Made by a program: the position numbers and the translations under genes. Under the pieces are notes generated by a model. That model searched no databases. It was given only the letters and a program-made list of their open reading frames with translations, and was not told where the DNA came from. From the NCBI GenBank assembly GCA_963665095.1, contig OY762069.1, positions 3,264,001-3,328,000 of the forward strand: a DNA stretch of 64,000 nt, written 5' to 3'. This stretch comes from an uncultured Desulfobacter sp. (GTDB lineage: Bacteria; Desulfobacterota; Desulfobacteria; Desulfobacterales; Desulfobacteraceae). Numbering within the stretch: the stretch's first letter is position 1; the number at the start of each line of letters is the position of its first letter. Positions 10,976 to 21,030 of the stretch are shown piece after piece.

Positions 10976-12411
10976 AGATGAATAAAGCCAGAATACTGAT
11001 TGTTGATGATGAACTGGTTTTGAGCCGCTCCCTGGCCATGGCCATGGAGTCAAAAGGATATGAGGCGGCCTGTGCCGATTCAGGGGAAAAGGCCTTAGGC
11101 CTGCTGAAAAACTTTCTGCCTGAGCTGGTGCTGCTGGACATCCGGCTTCCCGGGATGAACGGGATTGAAGTGATGACAAAAATCCTTGAGTGGAATGCCG
11201 ACATTCCCATCATTGTCATGACTGCCTACGGAGACACCCAGACCACGGTGGAGGCGGTGAAAAAAGGGGCCGCCAATTTTGTGGACAAGCCCTTTGAACT
11301 GGACGATATCCGGAATATGGTTGAAAAAGCCCTGGATGACCGGCACTTCAGGAAGGACTACGAATACCTGAAATACCAGCAGAGAAAATTTTACCGGTTC
11401 TGTGATCTTGTGGGCGAAAGCCCTGCCATGAAGGAAATTTATCGTAAAATTGACATGCTGGCCGCCACCGAAGACACCACGGTTTTAATCTGCGGACAGA
11501 GCGGCACAGGCAAAGAGCTCGTCGCATCGGCCATTCATTATAAAAGCCAGCGCAATAAAGCCCCGTTCATTGAAATCAACTGTGCCTCCCTTCCGGAAAA
11601 CATCATTGAAAGTGAGCTCTTCGGCCATGAAAAAGGATCGTTCACCGATGCCAAAACCGCCAAAAAAGGGTTGTTTGAATTAGGGGACAAGGGCACGGTG
11701 TTTTTAGACGAAATCGGAGACATGCCCCTGCCGGCCCAGGCCAAACTGCTCCGGGTGCTTGAAAAAAAACAGTTCCGGCGCATCGGGTCGTGCAAGGACA
11801 TCAAGGTGGATGTCAGGGTGCTTGCGGCCACCAACAAGAACTTGGGCGTGGCCATCAAAGAGGGCACTTTTCGCCAGGACCTTTACTACCGGCTCAATGT
11901 CATCACCCTGACCCTGCCCCCGTTGAATCAGAGAAAAGAGGATATCCTGATTCTGGCCGACTATTTTCTGGACAAATTCTGCCAGGAGATGAAGCAGAAG
12001 CCCAAAAAGCTGTCCAGTGCAGTGAAAACAGCGCTCACCGGATATCCCTGGCAGGGAAACGTCCGGGAATTACGAAACCTTATGGAGAGAGCCATCATCT
12101 TTACCAGGGGGGATGAGATCAAACTGGAGGTGATGCCCGGAGAGTTTTTACAGGGCCCCCGCGATACCAATCCCCCCAAAGAGGAGGCAAAAGGAGCTGA
12201 ATCGCACGGTACCGGAGAGGACGGCACAACGGAAAACAGCATCCTTGCCCCGGGAGAAGACCTGAAATCAGTTCTGGACCGGTTTGAAACCCGATTGATT
12301 CTTTCGGCCCTTGATACGGCCAACGGCAATAAGACGGAAGCAGGACGGATCCTGGGCATCAGCCGGTTTGCCCTGAACCGCCGCCTGGACCGGCTGGGGC
12401 TTCAGGGATAA
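10972..12411 (+). CDS. Sigma54-dependent response regulator (NtrC/AtoC family)
   Basis: Receiver (VDDE, DIRLPGMNG), GQSGTGKE, ESELFGHEKGSFTDA, WQGNVREL, C-terminal HTH. Confidence 0.95.
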   Translation: MKMNKARILIVDDELVLSRSLAMAMESKGYEAACADSGEKALGLLKNFLPELVLLDIRLPGMNGIEVMTKILEWNADIPIIVMTAYGDTQTTVEAVKKGAANFVDKPFELDDIRNMVEKALDDRHFRKDYEYLKYQQRKFYRFCDLVGESPAMKEIYRKIDMLAATEDTTVLICGQSGTGKELVASAIHYKSQRNKAPFIEINCASLPENIIESELFGHEKGSFTDAKTAKKGLFELGDKGTVFLDEIGDMPLPAQAKLLRVLEKKQFRRIGSCKDIKVDVRVLAATNKNLGVAIKEGTFRQDLYYRLNVITLTLPPLNQRKEDILILADYFLDKFCQEMKQKPKKLSSAVKTALTGYPWQGNVRELRNLMERAIIFTRGDEIKLEVMPGEFLQGPRDTNPPKEEAKGAESHGTGEDGTTENSILAPGEDLKSVLDRFETRLILSALDTANGNKTEAGRILGISRFALNRRLDRLGLQG

Positions 12412-12691
12412 AACTTCCGGCCGGAAAACTTAAGGGCAGAAAACTTAAGGACAGGGAATTCAGGAAAGAAAAGTATCACCCGGATATTTCATGGCATGTG
12501 AACACTGCCATGGCACATTTCAATTATTCTTCCAACCCCAACGTATTGAGAAGACATCAAGGGTTTCCCCTTCAGACAGACGTACGAAGGCTCATGAAAT
12601 ATCCGGGTTTACTCAGCGTTTGGATGGAACGTCTTTTACCTGCGGGAAAGAAGTTTCATACAGGAGACCTCCCGGTCAAACACCTTTTTGC

Positions 12692-13465
12692 TCAGGCACC
12701 TAAAATCAATCTTTGGGGATCGCACTTCTCCCGCAAAATCATCAGTTCCTGTTCCGTTGGCGGATCAAGTTCCGAGGCCCTTGAGACATCCACCTCAAAT
12801 TCCATGTTGTCCAGAATCATTTGAGGGGTCATCCCCGGATAGTACTTATCCAGAAACATCTTTCCTGAGTCCGGCTCAAATCCCATGAGCGCCATATTGG
12901 TAATGACAGCGGTGGGGCCGCCGCCCGGAAGGTCTGCTTCCTTTCTGGATTCAGGGCCTGACAGCCATCCCGGACTTGTCAGATAGTCCAGTTTTTCAAC
13001 AAATTTACGTTTTTCATGCTGCATGAAAATAAGGCTTTTATCCACAAATGACGCCACATCACACGCCCCGCCGCTGCCGGAAAACCGCACCTTGGGATTA
13101 TGGTAGTCTCCGATCACCGTGGAGTTTAAATTGCCGTAGATATCAATCTGGGCCGCCCCCATGATCCCCACCACCCGGCAGCCGGTTTTCCGGTTCTGCA
13201 TCACGGCAAAGGCATCGGCCAAGGACCCGTTCATGGAGGTGTGGTACATGACCCTGGGATCTGCCACAGCCAGGGGGACCTCTTCAAGACAGGAATCTAT
13301 GGCCCCGGTTTCAAAAAATATCACCGCTCCGGGCGCACTGATATGCTTGGCAGCCATGGCCGCCACCATGGAGATGCCGGTGCCGCAGAACAGGATCTCC
13401 CCGTCTTTAATCTGCCGGGCCGCCACAATGGTCATCAGTTCCCTTAATGTATATTCCATGATCAT
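12692..13465 (-). CDS. gctB: Family I CoA-transferase subunit B (glutaconate/glutarate CoA-transferase-like)
   Basis: FETG catalytic Glu, GAAQIDIYGNLNST, GSGGACD, FVEKLDYLTSPG. Confidence 0.8.
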   Translation of the reverse strand: MIMEYTLRELMTIVAARQIKDGEILFCGTGISMVAAMAAKHISAPGAVIFFETGAIDSCLEEVPLAVADPRVMYHTSMNGSLADAFAVMQNRKTGCRVVGIMGAAQIDIYGNLNSTVIGDYHNPKVRFSGSGGACDVASFVDKSLIFMQHEKRKFVEKLDYLTSPGWLSGPESRKEADLPGGGPTAVITNMALMGFEPDSGKMFLDKYYPGMTPQMILDNMEFEVDVSRASELDPPTEQELMILREKCDPQRLILGA

Positions 13466-13474
13466 TCCTTTCTG

Positions 13475-14446
13475 TCAGGTCCGCTTAAGATTTCTGGCAT
13501 ATCCGGTTTCAGGATCGGCCTGGATCATCTCCAGGCGGGACGCGCCAACTTTTTCCATGAGCGCTGCGTGGTCAGCCGTACCCATTATAAACTCCTCTAT
13601 ATATTGGGCATGTGTTGCGTCGTCCGTGGCCTTTTCCTTGTACTGGTTCAGATAGACAGGATCATAATCATAATACCTGTAGCAGGCCGTGGGGTAAGCG
13701 CCATAGGGAACATGGGCCACGGCATCCACATAGAAATGAGGGATCTGATTCAGATCAGACTGCTGTTTCATCTCATCGGGTGACACCAGTTCCTCACAGG
13801 TGACGATCAGGGCCTTGGCCGCCTTGGCCTGCTCCACATCGGCAAAGGTCAGCCCGTTGATCTGGCAGGTACCCTGGGTATCGGCCTTCTGGACATGAAT
13901 GAGGGTCACATCCGGATTAATGGCCGGCACCAGCACCAGCTTTTGGGTTCCGGCCCATCCGGGAAAGGGATTATTCATCAGCATCAGTTTCTCATCCGGC
14001 AGCTTGGGGTCATCTGCACGCATCTCCTTTGAAAATCCCCACTTCTCGATCACCTGGGTGCCCATGCCGGATCTCACCGGCATAAAGGGCAGTCCCATGG
14101 CCCCGGCCTGGAACCGCATGGTCATGTGATAGTTGGAATAATCCTCCACCAGCAGCTGTTTATCCCGGACCAGCTTTTTAAACCGGATGCAGGTGGGGGC
14201 AAACCGTCCATTGCCCCCATAGGCGATTTCAAGCTTGCTCAAAAGACCTGCCCCGGCCAGTTCATCCATGCCCTGGCCGTTGGAATGGGCATACATATGC
14301 AGGTCTTTTTTCCCCTGGCGGATAATCTCGTATACTGCTGCCATGGGATTGCGGTTCACCGTGAACCCGCCAATGGATATATGGCAGCCGTTGTGCACAA
14401 ACCTGTCAACGGCAGTGGACAGGTCCATTACTTTCTCGTTTGTCAT
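13475..14446 (-). CDS. gctA: Family I CoA-transferase subunit A
   Basis: IGGFTVNRNPMAAVYEIIRQ, RFQAGAMGLPFMP, PDVTLIHVQKAD, PYGAYPT. Confidence 0.8.
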   Translation of the reverse strand: MTNEKVMDLSTAVDRFVHNGCHISIGGFTVNRNPMAAVYEIIRQGKKDLHMYAHSNGQGMDELAGAGLLSKLEIAYGGNGRFAPTCIRFKKLVRDKQLLVEDYSNYHMTMRFQAGAMGLPFMPVRSGMGTQVIEKWGFSKEMRADDPKLPDEKLMLMNNPFPGWAGTQKLVLVPAINPDVTLIHVQKADTQGTCQINGLTFADVEQAKAAKALIVTCEELVSPDEMKQQSDLNQIPHFYVDAVAHVPYGAYPTACYRYYDYDPVYLNQYKEKATDDATHAQYIEEFIMGTADHAALMEKVGASRLEMIQADPETGYARNLKRT

Positions 14447-14465
14447 ATTCTATACTCTCCTGTCC

Positions 14466-15779
14466 CTAAACCATCATGCTGGGCAGCCATGTTACCAGCC
14501 CCGGAAAAATCATAATCAATGCAATGGTCAAAACATCTAAGGCGATAAATGGGATGGCCGCCCGGAACAGTGCTCCGAGCTTCATCTCATCGGGCATCAG
14601 CCCTTTGACAATATACAGGTTCAACCCCATGGGCGGCGAAATATTTCCTGCGCACATATTAACAGCCATAAGAATGCCGAACCATAAAATATTGATCTCA
14701 AGGGCATTTAAAATAGGCAAAATAATGGGCGTTGTCATCATAACAATGGCAGCCGGGTCCAGGAACATTCCCATGACCAGAAAACCAAACATCAAAATAA
14801 TCACCACCGCATAGTTGGGAAGCGGCAAAGAGACAACCCAGTCCGTCAGTTCCGCCGCACACCCCGAATAGATGATCACATAGCCGAAGGAGGTGGCGCC
14901 AATGATGATCCAACCGATCATGGCCGTGGTCCTTACCGTATGCAAAAGCGCCTTGCGGGTGGTTTTAAGATCCAGGCTGCGTTTGATCAGTGCAATGGCA
15001 AACACAGCCATGCAGGCAATGGCACTGGCCTCGGTGGGGGTGGCCACCCCTGTATAAATGGTAAACAGCAGGATCAGAATCACCAGCAGCAGCGACCAGA
15101 CCTTCCATAGGGAGCGAAATTTCTCTTTCCAGGTAAACCGGGTGTCATCCCTGGGCGCCACTTCCGGATCCAGCTTCACCCGGATGAAGATATAGGCCAG
15201 GGCAAGGCCGGTCATCAGGATGCCAGGGATGATGCCACCGGCAAACAAGGCGCCGATGGACTCATTGGCCAGGGTGCCGTAAAGAATCAAAATGACACTG
15301 GGCGGGATCAGAATGGAAAGCGCCCCGGAAAAGGCCACAATGGCCCCGGACATACCGGCCTGGTACTGGCGTTTGATCATCTCGGGCAATGAGAGCAGCC
15401 CCACGGTGGCGGTGCCGGCGGTACTGGCCCCGCACACGGCCCCGAAAATGGCCCCGAACACAGCCGATGTCATGCCAAGGCCACCGGGAAGCCGTCGTAA
15501 AAACCGGTCTGCCACCTCATAGGAATCGGTTCCCATGCGGCTGTGCATGACCAGCTGGGCCATGAGAATAAACAGGGGCACACACACAAGGGTATAGTTG
15601 CCCATGTGCCCGTATCCTGCCAGGGCCACCCCGTAAAGCCCGGTGGTGCCGGGCCAGAAGACCAGGGCCGCCAGCACGCTCAAGAACCCCAGGGAAAAGG
15701 CAACGGGAAGCCCCAGGAAGAGAAACAGTGTCAAAGATCCCACAAGAATCAGAAGTACAATATACCATTCCATGATCAT
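14466..15779 (-). CDS. dctM: TRAP transporter large permease
   Basis: Polytopic; LVCVPLFILM, LIPPS, GVATPTEA, ISPPMGLNLY. Confidence 0.92.
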   Translation of the reverse strand: MIMEWYIVLLILVGSLTLFLFLGLPVAFSLGFLSVLAALVFWPGTTGLYGVALAGYGHMGNYTLVCVPLFILMAQLVMHSRMGTDSYEVADRFLRRLPGGLGMTSAVFGAIFGAVCGASTAGTATVGLLSLPEMIKRQYQAGMSGAIVAFSGALSILIPPSVILILYGTLANESIGALFAGGIIPGILMTGLALAYIFIRVKLDPEVAPRDDTRFTWKEKFRSLWKVWSLLLVILILLFTIYTGVATPTEASAIACMAVFAIALIKRSLDLKTTRKALLHTVRTTAMIGWIIIGATSFGYVIIYSGCAAELTDWVVSLPLPNYAVVIILMFGFLVMGMFLDPAAIVMMTTPIILPILNALEINILWFGILMAVNMCAGNISPPMGLNLYIVKGLMPDEMKLGALFRAAIPFIALDVLTIALIMIFPGLVTWLPSMMV

Positions 15780-15790
15780 TTTCCTTTCGT

Positions 15791-16330
15791 TTACCCGTTA
15801 TCCGCCTGCATGCCGGGTTTCCAGCCGTTTAAAGCGGCGGTGTTTTTTATAATTTTAATCAGATATTCCAGTAACAGCAGGAGACCGCCGATCACCAGAA
15901 ACGCCCGGATGGGCCACAGCGGCCAGGCCAGATATTCGGTACTTTTGACATTATGTTCAATGGCATCCCAGGTAAAGACAATGGACTCCACCAGGAAGAT
16001 CAGCACATAGATGGATGCCATGACTGAAGTCACAAGATCCAGGATCATCCGTCTTTTCCCTTCCATCTGCTCCACGGCAATATCCACACTGACATGCCCC
16101 CCTGCGGGAAGGGTCCAGGCTCCGCCGATAAACACCACCATGATGAGCATGTACCGGTTGACTTCAAAACTCCAGGTGGTGGGCGCATTGAAAATATACC
16201 GCATGGCCACGTCATAGCTGATGGTCAGCATCATGAGCACCACGACCCATCCGGCAAATTCAGCCAGCTTTTCGTCTATGGCGGATATTTTATCCAGAAA
16301 TTTCATCAGGACACTATTTTCCATGATCAT
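15791..16330 (-). CDS. dctQ: TRAP transporter small permease
   Basis: Four TM helices, DVAMRYIFNAPTTWSFE, GGHVSVD. Confidence 0.9.
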   Translation of the reverse strand: MIMENSVLMKFLDKISAIDEKLAEFAGWVVVLMMLTISYDVAMRYIFNAPTTWSFEVNRYMLIMVVFIGGAWTLPAGGHVSVDIAVEQMEGKRRMILDLVTSVMASIYVLIFLVESIVFTWDAIEHNVKSTEYLAWPLWPIRAFLVIGGLLLLLEYLIKIIKNTAALNGWKPGMQADNG

Positions 16331-16510
16331 TTTCCTTTCACATTGTCAGAAAGTGTTGAAAACAGGCCGGCAGCCCTATCTAATCCGTGGCAGTTGATTA
16401 ATAATTAAAGCTGCCGGCCCATTTATCCTAAGGTAACTGCAATGTTTTTTTAATTGCGCAAACAGGTGCAAAATTGTGCGTCAGGCCCGTCATTTCGGCA
16501 GATGCCGCGA

Positions 16511-17572
16511 CTAATCAACCTTGGCCGCATGCCATTTTTTGCCCTCTTCCCTGGCCAGTTCCACAAGCCGTTTGCAGCCCGGGCTTTCATTGGCGTACCA
16601 CTCCCAGACTTCCTCGAGCATCTCTTTGGATTTTTTGATATTGGCGGCATCCATGGTCACAAATTTAACGTGGCGTTCCTGGCACCATTTTTCGTTCTCC
16701 TCTTCATACTGGGGCCAATAGGTGACGCTGGCCCACCGGCCCCACTGTCTGGCAGCATCAACCAGTTTATCCTGGAGATCTTTGGGAAGGTGGTCAAAGG
16801 CGTCTTTATTGATCCACAGATCATCGGCCCAGGTAAATACCGGCGGTTTTGAAAAGGTCTTGGCCACTTCAAAAAATTTGTAATCCTTAAGCCCGTAAGC
16901 ATAGAAAATCAGCGCATCCACGGTGCCGCGCTGAAGGGCGGGATAGATCTCACCTGTGGCCATGGTGACAGGGCTTGCGCCCCAGGCCTTGGCCACCCGG
17001 GTGCTGACCCCGCCGGCGGCCCGCAGTTTGATATTTTTCAGGGAGTCCACGGTATCGTAAGCCGTGTCCCCGCGGCCGATGATGCCGGAACTGCCGCAGA
17101 TCACATTGGTCAGCAGAACGGCATTGGCCTTTTCAAGATAGCTGTCCCGGATAATTTTATTGAATTCACCATTGGGATCATTCATAAAATCGTAAAAATT
17201 TTCCCGGTTGTTTAAAGAGATGTACGGGAGCCAGTCCACATCGCCCTCGGGCACCATGCCGTGGTAGTAGGCACCACAGGAGGCCAGCATGTCGATGGTG
17301 CCGTTTTTCAGACCGTCCAGGGCCTCGTTTCTCCCGATGAGCTGACTGGCCGGAAAAACCGTAAACTTGATCTGGTTGTCGGTTTTCTCCTTCACGATCC
17401 GGATAAACTCCTGGTAGGCTTTGTACTGCGGGTGCTGGGTGTGCCAGGCCATCTGGAACTTCAGCCGGTAGGATTTGGCCCAAGCCGTCATGGGCACCAG
17501 GGACAGGATAAGGGTCGCTGTCATCATTACCAGACCAAGTCTTGCCATTGTGCTGTTTCTGCTGTCTTTCAT
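16511..17572 (-). CDS. dctP: TRAP transporter substrate-binding protein
   Basis: Signal peptide, VFPASQL, LKNIKLRAAG, EIYPALQRGTVDA; GAGGAGG RBS before ATG 17572. Confidence 0.92.
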   Translation of the reverse strand: MKDSRNSTMARLGLVMMTATLILSLVPMTAWAKSYRLKFQMAWHTQHPQYKAYQEFIRIVKEKTDNQIKFTVFPASQLIGRNEALDGLKNGTIDMLASCGAYYHGMVPEGDVDWLPYISLNNRENFYDFMNDPNGEFNKIIRDSYLEKANAVLLTNVICGSSGIIGRGDTAYDTVDSLKNIKLRAAGGVSTRVAKAWGASPVTMATGEIYPALQRGTVDALIFYAYGLKDYKFFEVAKTFSKPPVFTWADDLWINKDAFDHLPKDLQDKLVDAARQWGRWASVTYWPQYEEENEKWCQERHVKFVTMDAANIKKSKEMLEEVWEWYANESPGCKRLVELAREEGKKWHAAKVD

Positions 17573-17707
17573 CCTTTTTGCCTCCTCGATAAGATGGGTT
17601 AAACTTGTGAAACAATTCATAGAACAATTAGTTGGAACAACTTATTTGTTAACTGTTTATCAACAATCTGGTTGCCGTCCTTGATCCCTGGCTCTCTTTC
17701 GATACAG

Positions 17708-17723
17708 AGCATCTTTCATGCCG
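17708..17723 (-). promoter_or_regulatory. Sigma54 (-24/-12) promoter of the dctPQM-gctAB operon
   Basis: Minus strand CGGCATG-AAAG-ATGCT, correct GG-N10-GC spacing. Confidence 0.65.
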
Positions 17724-17784
17724 AAGGCACGTTTTTAAATTAGATCTTGTTTTTCAATGGGTTATTTTTTTGCGGCAAATTCTG

Positions 17785-17825
17785 CGGTCGGTTTTCGCAC
17801 GTTTGAACCGTGCGAAAACCGACCG
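17785..17825. promoter_or_regulatory. Perfect 17-bp inverted repeat: enhancer site and/or terminator of the upstream operon
   Basis: CGGTCGGTTTTCGCACG-7nt-CGTGCGAAAACCGACCG, 60-100 bp upstream of the sigma54 site and just after the gcdB stop. Confidence 0.5.
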
Positions 17826-17840
17826 GGCGGGCGGACCTTT

Positions 17841-18658
17841 TTAATTTCCCAGCAGGGTTAAAAAGATACCTGCCGCCACCACCGTGCCGATGACCCCTGC
17901 CACATTGGGACCCATGGCATACATGAGCAGATAGTTCTTTTATCCGCCTCCATGCCCACCTTATGGACCACCCGGGCGGCCATGGGCACGGCAGAGACCC
18001 CTGCGGCTCCCAGCAGGGGATTAATTTTGTTTTTGGAAAACAGATTCATGATCTTGGCCAGGATGATCCCTGTCATGGTACTCACCACAAAGGCGGCCAG
18101 GCCCAGGCAGAAAACAAAGATCACCTGGGGCCGCAGGAAATTGTCCGCATTCATGGTGGCCCCCACGGGCACCCCCAGAAAAATGGTGACAATGTTCATC
18201 AGCTCGTTCTGGGCAGCCTCATGAAGGCGGGCCACCACCCCGGATTCCCGGAACAGGTTGCCCAGCATGAACATGGCGATCAAAGGGGCGGATGCCGGGA
18301 CCAGCAGGACAATGACAAAGGTGGAGACAATGGGGAACAACATCTTTTCAAGCTTTCCCACCTTCCTGCCCTTGGCCATGCGGATCTTTCTTTCTTTGTC
18401 TGATGTTAAAAGCTTCATCACCGGCGGGATAATCTCCCAATGGATTCCGTACTGGTAGAATTTCCACAAAAGCCCCTCTTCCGGTGTCATGAGTCCTGCC
18501 AGGGGCAGGTTGACCAGAATGATGCCGAACCCTATGGGCAAAAGCAGCAACGGCTCATAGGATCTGGCAATGGATAGATAGATCAGGGTCAGCCCGATGA
18601 TCCACATCACCACAATCCCCGGGGTGAGATAAAAAAGGCCTGTGGTCTGGAATAGAAA
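17841..18658 (-). pseudogene. gcdB: Na+-translocating decarboxylase beta subunit, 5'-truncated, internally deleted and frameshifted
   Basis: YEPLLLLPIGFG, GNLFRESG, INPLLGAAGVSAVPMAARV; jump WEIIPP/VMKLLT removes the middle; frameshift near 17940 before [17 protein letters not shown]. Confidence 0.85.
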
Positions 18659-19039
18659 GGATGTTTTCAGACTGGCCGCAAGCCAGGCCGGCCATGACCT
18701 TGTTGTCAAAGCCGATGATCACGGCCCATTTCCCGGCGATTTTGCCCAGGCCGTCCACCACATTGGAGGTGCCTTCCACATTATCCGCCGGGTTGAACAG
18801 GGTGTGAAGCGGCGTCCAGGTGCCGGGATCCACAATATAGTCAATGCGCTGCCACCCTTCATCTGGCCGCGCTGGTTAATTTTTTCTTCCGGAAGCCCGG
18901 CATTTTAAACTGCGTCCACAGCAGCCGCAATATCATTTTCAGCCGCGGCCACCTCATCATAATTAGCCTGGGTCCGTTTCAGGGTGCCCTGTTTCAGGGC
19001 TTTGCCAAAGGGCGTCATCTTCTCAAAATAGGATTTCAT
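18657..19039 (-). pseudogene. gcdA: Glutaconyl-CoA decarboxylase alpha (carboxyltransferase) N-terminal fragment
   Basis: MKSYFEKMTPFGKAL...DPGTWTPLHTLFNP...GLGKIAGKWAVIIGFDNKVMAG resembles the GcdA N-terminus; in-frame stop (~18905), frameshift, and fusion to gcdB at ~18657. Confidence 0.8.
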
Positions 19040-19147
19040 TTAGAACCTTCCTTGCAAAACGATTTGAACTATCCGGCAATCCGTGTCCGGCGGTTAACAT
19101 TCTTTTTTTTTTGACGTTCTCTGAAAATAGATATTTTGAGAGGGCTT

Positions 19148-19363
19148 CTAATCAATAACAGCTAAAAGATCGTCCTCTTCCACAGACGCGCCTTCCTTAG
19201 CCCCGATTTTAGATATGGTACCGGAACAGGGCGCAAATACCGGGGTCTCCATTTTCATGGCTTCAATCACCATGATTTCGTTGTCTTCTTCCACAGCGGC
19301 ACCTACTTCAAAACCGATGCTGATCACTTTTCCGGACAAAGGCGCTAAAACTTCTTCAGACAT
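19148..19363 (-). CDS. gcdC: Biotin carboxyl carrier protein of the decarboxylase
   Basis: EAMKME biotinylation motif, 71 aa. Confidence 0.85.
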   Translation of the reverse strand: MSEEVLAPLSGKVISIGFEVGAAVEEDNEIMVIEAMKMETPVFAPCSGTISKIGAKEGASVEEDDLLAVID

Positions 19364-19470
19364 GTTGTATCTCCTTGGTTTTCGCTAAAGGGTTCTTTTG
19401 AGATGGTTTTTAGTACATCGTTTGTGTCATCATGCAGTCTCCTTTGCCGGGAACCGCCTGATGACAGCAG

Positions 19471-20634
19471 TTACCGGTTGGCTTTTCTGATGCCCAGCTG
19501 ATCAAGAGCGATGATCCATTTGCAGATATTGGCAGAGCCTTCCACCATGGAATAGGTGGGTGCATCCTTGTAATATCTTGCCACGGGATATTCCGTGGAG
19601 TACCCGTAAGCCCCCAGGATTCTCATGGCATAGTTGGAGCATTTGGTGGCGACCTCTCCGGCCAGGTATTTGGCCATGGCAACATCCAGACCGTTATTAA
19701 GATTTCGCTGGTCCTTGACCCAGGCAGCCTTGTAGACAACCAGGCGGGCCGCTTCGATTTCTGCAGCCATCTGGGCGATCATGTCCTGGTTCATCTGGAA
19801 TTCACCGATTTTCTTGCCGAACTGCTTTCTTTCGTTACAGTATTTGGTGGCTTCATCCAGGCAGGCCTGGGCAAGTCCGACGCCCCCGGCAGCTGCAGAC
19901 AGACGTGTTTGATTTAACGAGGAGAACACAATCTTGGCACCGTCGCCGGGCTTGCCCAGGATGTTTTCCTTGGGAACCTTTACGTTATCCAGGAAAAGCT
20001 CGCCTGTGGGAGAGGAGTGGGAACCCACTTTTTCCAGGGAGGAGGTTTTTATCCCTCCAAAATTTTTAGGCTCAATGACAAATGCAGACAGGCCCTTGGA
20101 ACCGGCAGCCCTGTCCGTGTATGCGTAATAGATCAGAACATCGGCCACACTGGCGTTGGAAATCCAGGTTTTGTTGCCGTTGAGCAGCCAGTGGTCGCCC
20201 TTGTCTTCCGCTGTGGAGCTCATGGCCATGACATCGGAACCCGCATCCGGCTCGGTGATCCCGAATCCACCGATATATTCGGCCGTACACAGCTTTTCTA
20301 CATATTTTTTTCTGACCTCTTCGTTGCCGTACCGGTAAATGGTATATCCGCAGCCCAGCACCTGCATGTTAACCTGGACCCTGAGAGAGGAACAGGCTCT
20401 TGCCAGCTCTTCAGTGACGATCATGGCCGCAAGAAAGCCCATGTCTTCTCCGCCGTACTCCTCCGGGACCACGGTACCGAAATACCCGAGCTCACCCAAG
20501 GGTCTCATGACTTCGTTTATTGGCAGGTAATGATCATGGTCCCACTGTTCCACATAGGGCTCGATCTGTTTTTTCGCAAATTTTCTGACCTCTTTTTGAA
20601 GCATCTGAAGTTCTTTAGACAGCTGAAAATCCAT
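19471..20634 (-). CDS. acd: Glutaryl-CoA dehydrogenase, non-decarboxylating type
   Basis: Acyl-CoA dehydrogenase motifs (ITEPDAGSD, ERKQFGKKI, GAYGY); MVEGSANIC and overall sequence closely recall the Desulfococcus multivorans enzyme; next to gcd genes. Confidence 0.88.
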   Translation of the reverse strand: MDFQLSKELQMLQKEVRKFAKKQIEPYVEQWDHDHYLPINEVMRPLGELGYFGTVVPEEYGGEDMGFLAAMIVTEELARACSSLRVQVNMQVLGCGYTIYRYGNEEVRKKYVEKLCTAEYIGGFGITEPDAGSDVMAMSSTAEDKGDHWLLNGNKTWISNASVADVLIYYAYTDRAAGSKGLSAFVIEPKNFGGIKTSSLEKVGSHSSPTGELFLDNVKVPKENILGKPGDGAKIVFSSLNQTRLSAAAGGVGLAQACLDEATKYCNERKQFGKKIGEFQMNQDMIAQMAAEIEAARLVVYKAAWVKDQRNLNNGLDVAMAKYLAGEVATKCSNYAMRILGAYGYSTEYPVARYYKDAPTYSMVEGSANICKWIIALDQLGIRKANR

Positions 20635-20698
20635 AACTCTCTCCTTTGGTATCTGACATTGCTAAAATGAGTGGCTTTTACCTTGCCAACGCCTTAGG

Positions 20699-20714
20699 AG
20701 CATTTTCCATGCCG
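20699..20714 (-). promoter_or_regulatory. Sigma54 (-24/-12) promoter of the acd-gcd operon
   Basis: Minus strand CGGCATG-GAAA-ATGCT, nearly identical to the dctP promoter. Confidence 0.65.
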
Positions 20715-21030
20715 AAAAAATTTAATATTTTTTCGGCATATTTTCAGGCTGTTAAATTAAAAAAAACTTGAAAGAGCGGTTAACGAACCATGAACTTCGT
20801 GCGGAATTCGCTCGATCATAATGGAAGATATCAGGAGTAATACACAGCTGAACAGTGCAGGCAAATTATTTCTGACCGGTTAGACTATAAAAATGAAATT
20901 TAGGCATTGCGCGGGAATAAATAGCGCAATATTGCGCCGAATTTTGCTCCATATACAAGGCGTGTTAAATACAACGAAGTAGATGGAGCAAAAAACAGGC
21001 AAGATGTGCTATTTATTTTTGTGTAAGGCT

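Noticed and set aside
12424..12454. Short tandem GAAAACTTAAGG(G/A)CA duplication
   Set aside because: Only two copies between convergent genes; no evidence of function
20017..20670. Long antisense ORFs such as 20017..20670, 26045..26701 and 32358..32957
   Set aside because: Shadow frames of well-supported genes on the opposite strand
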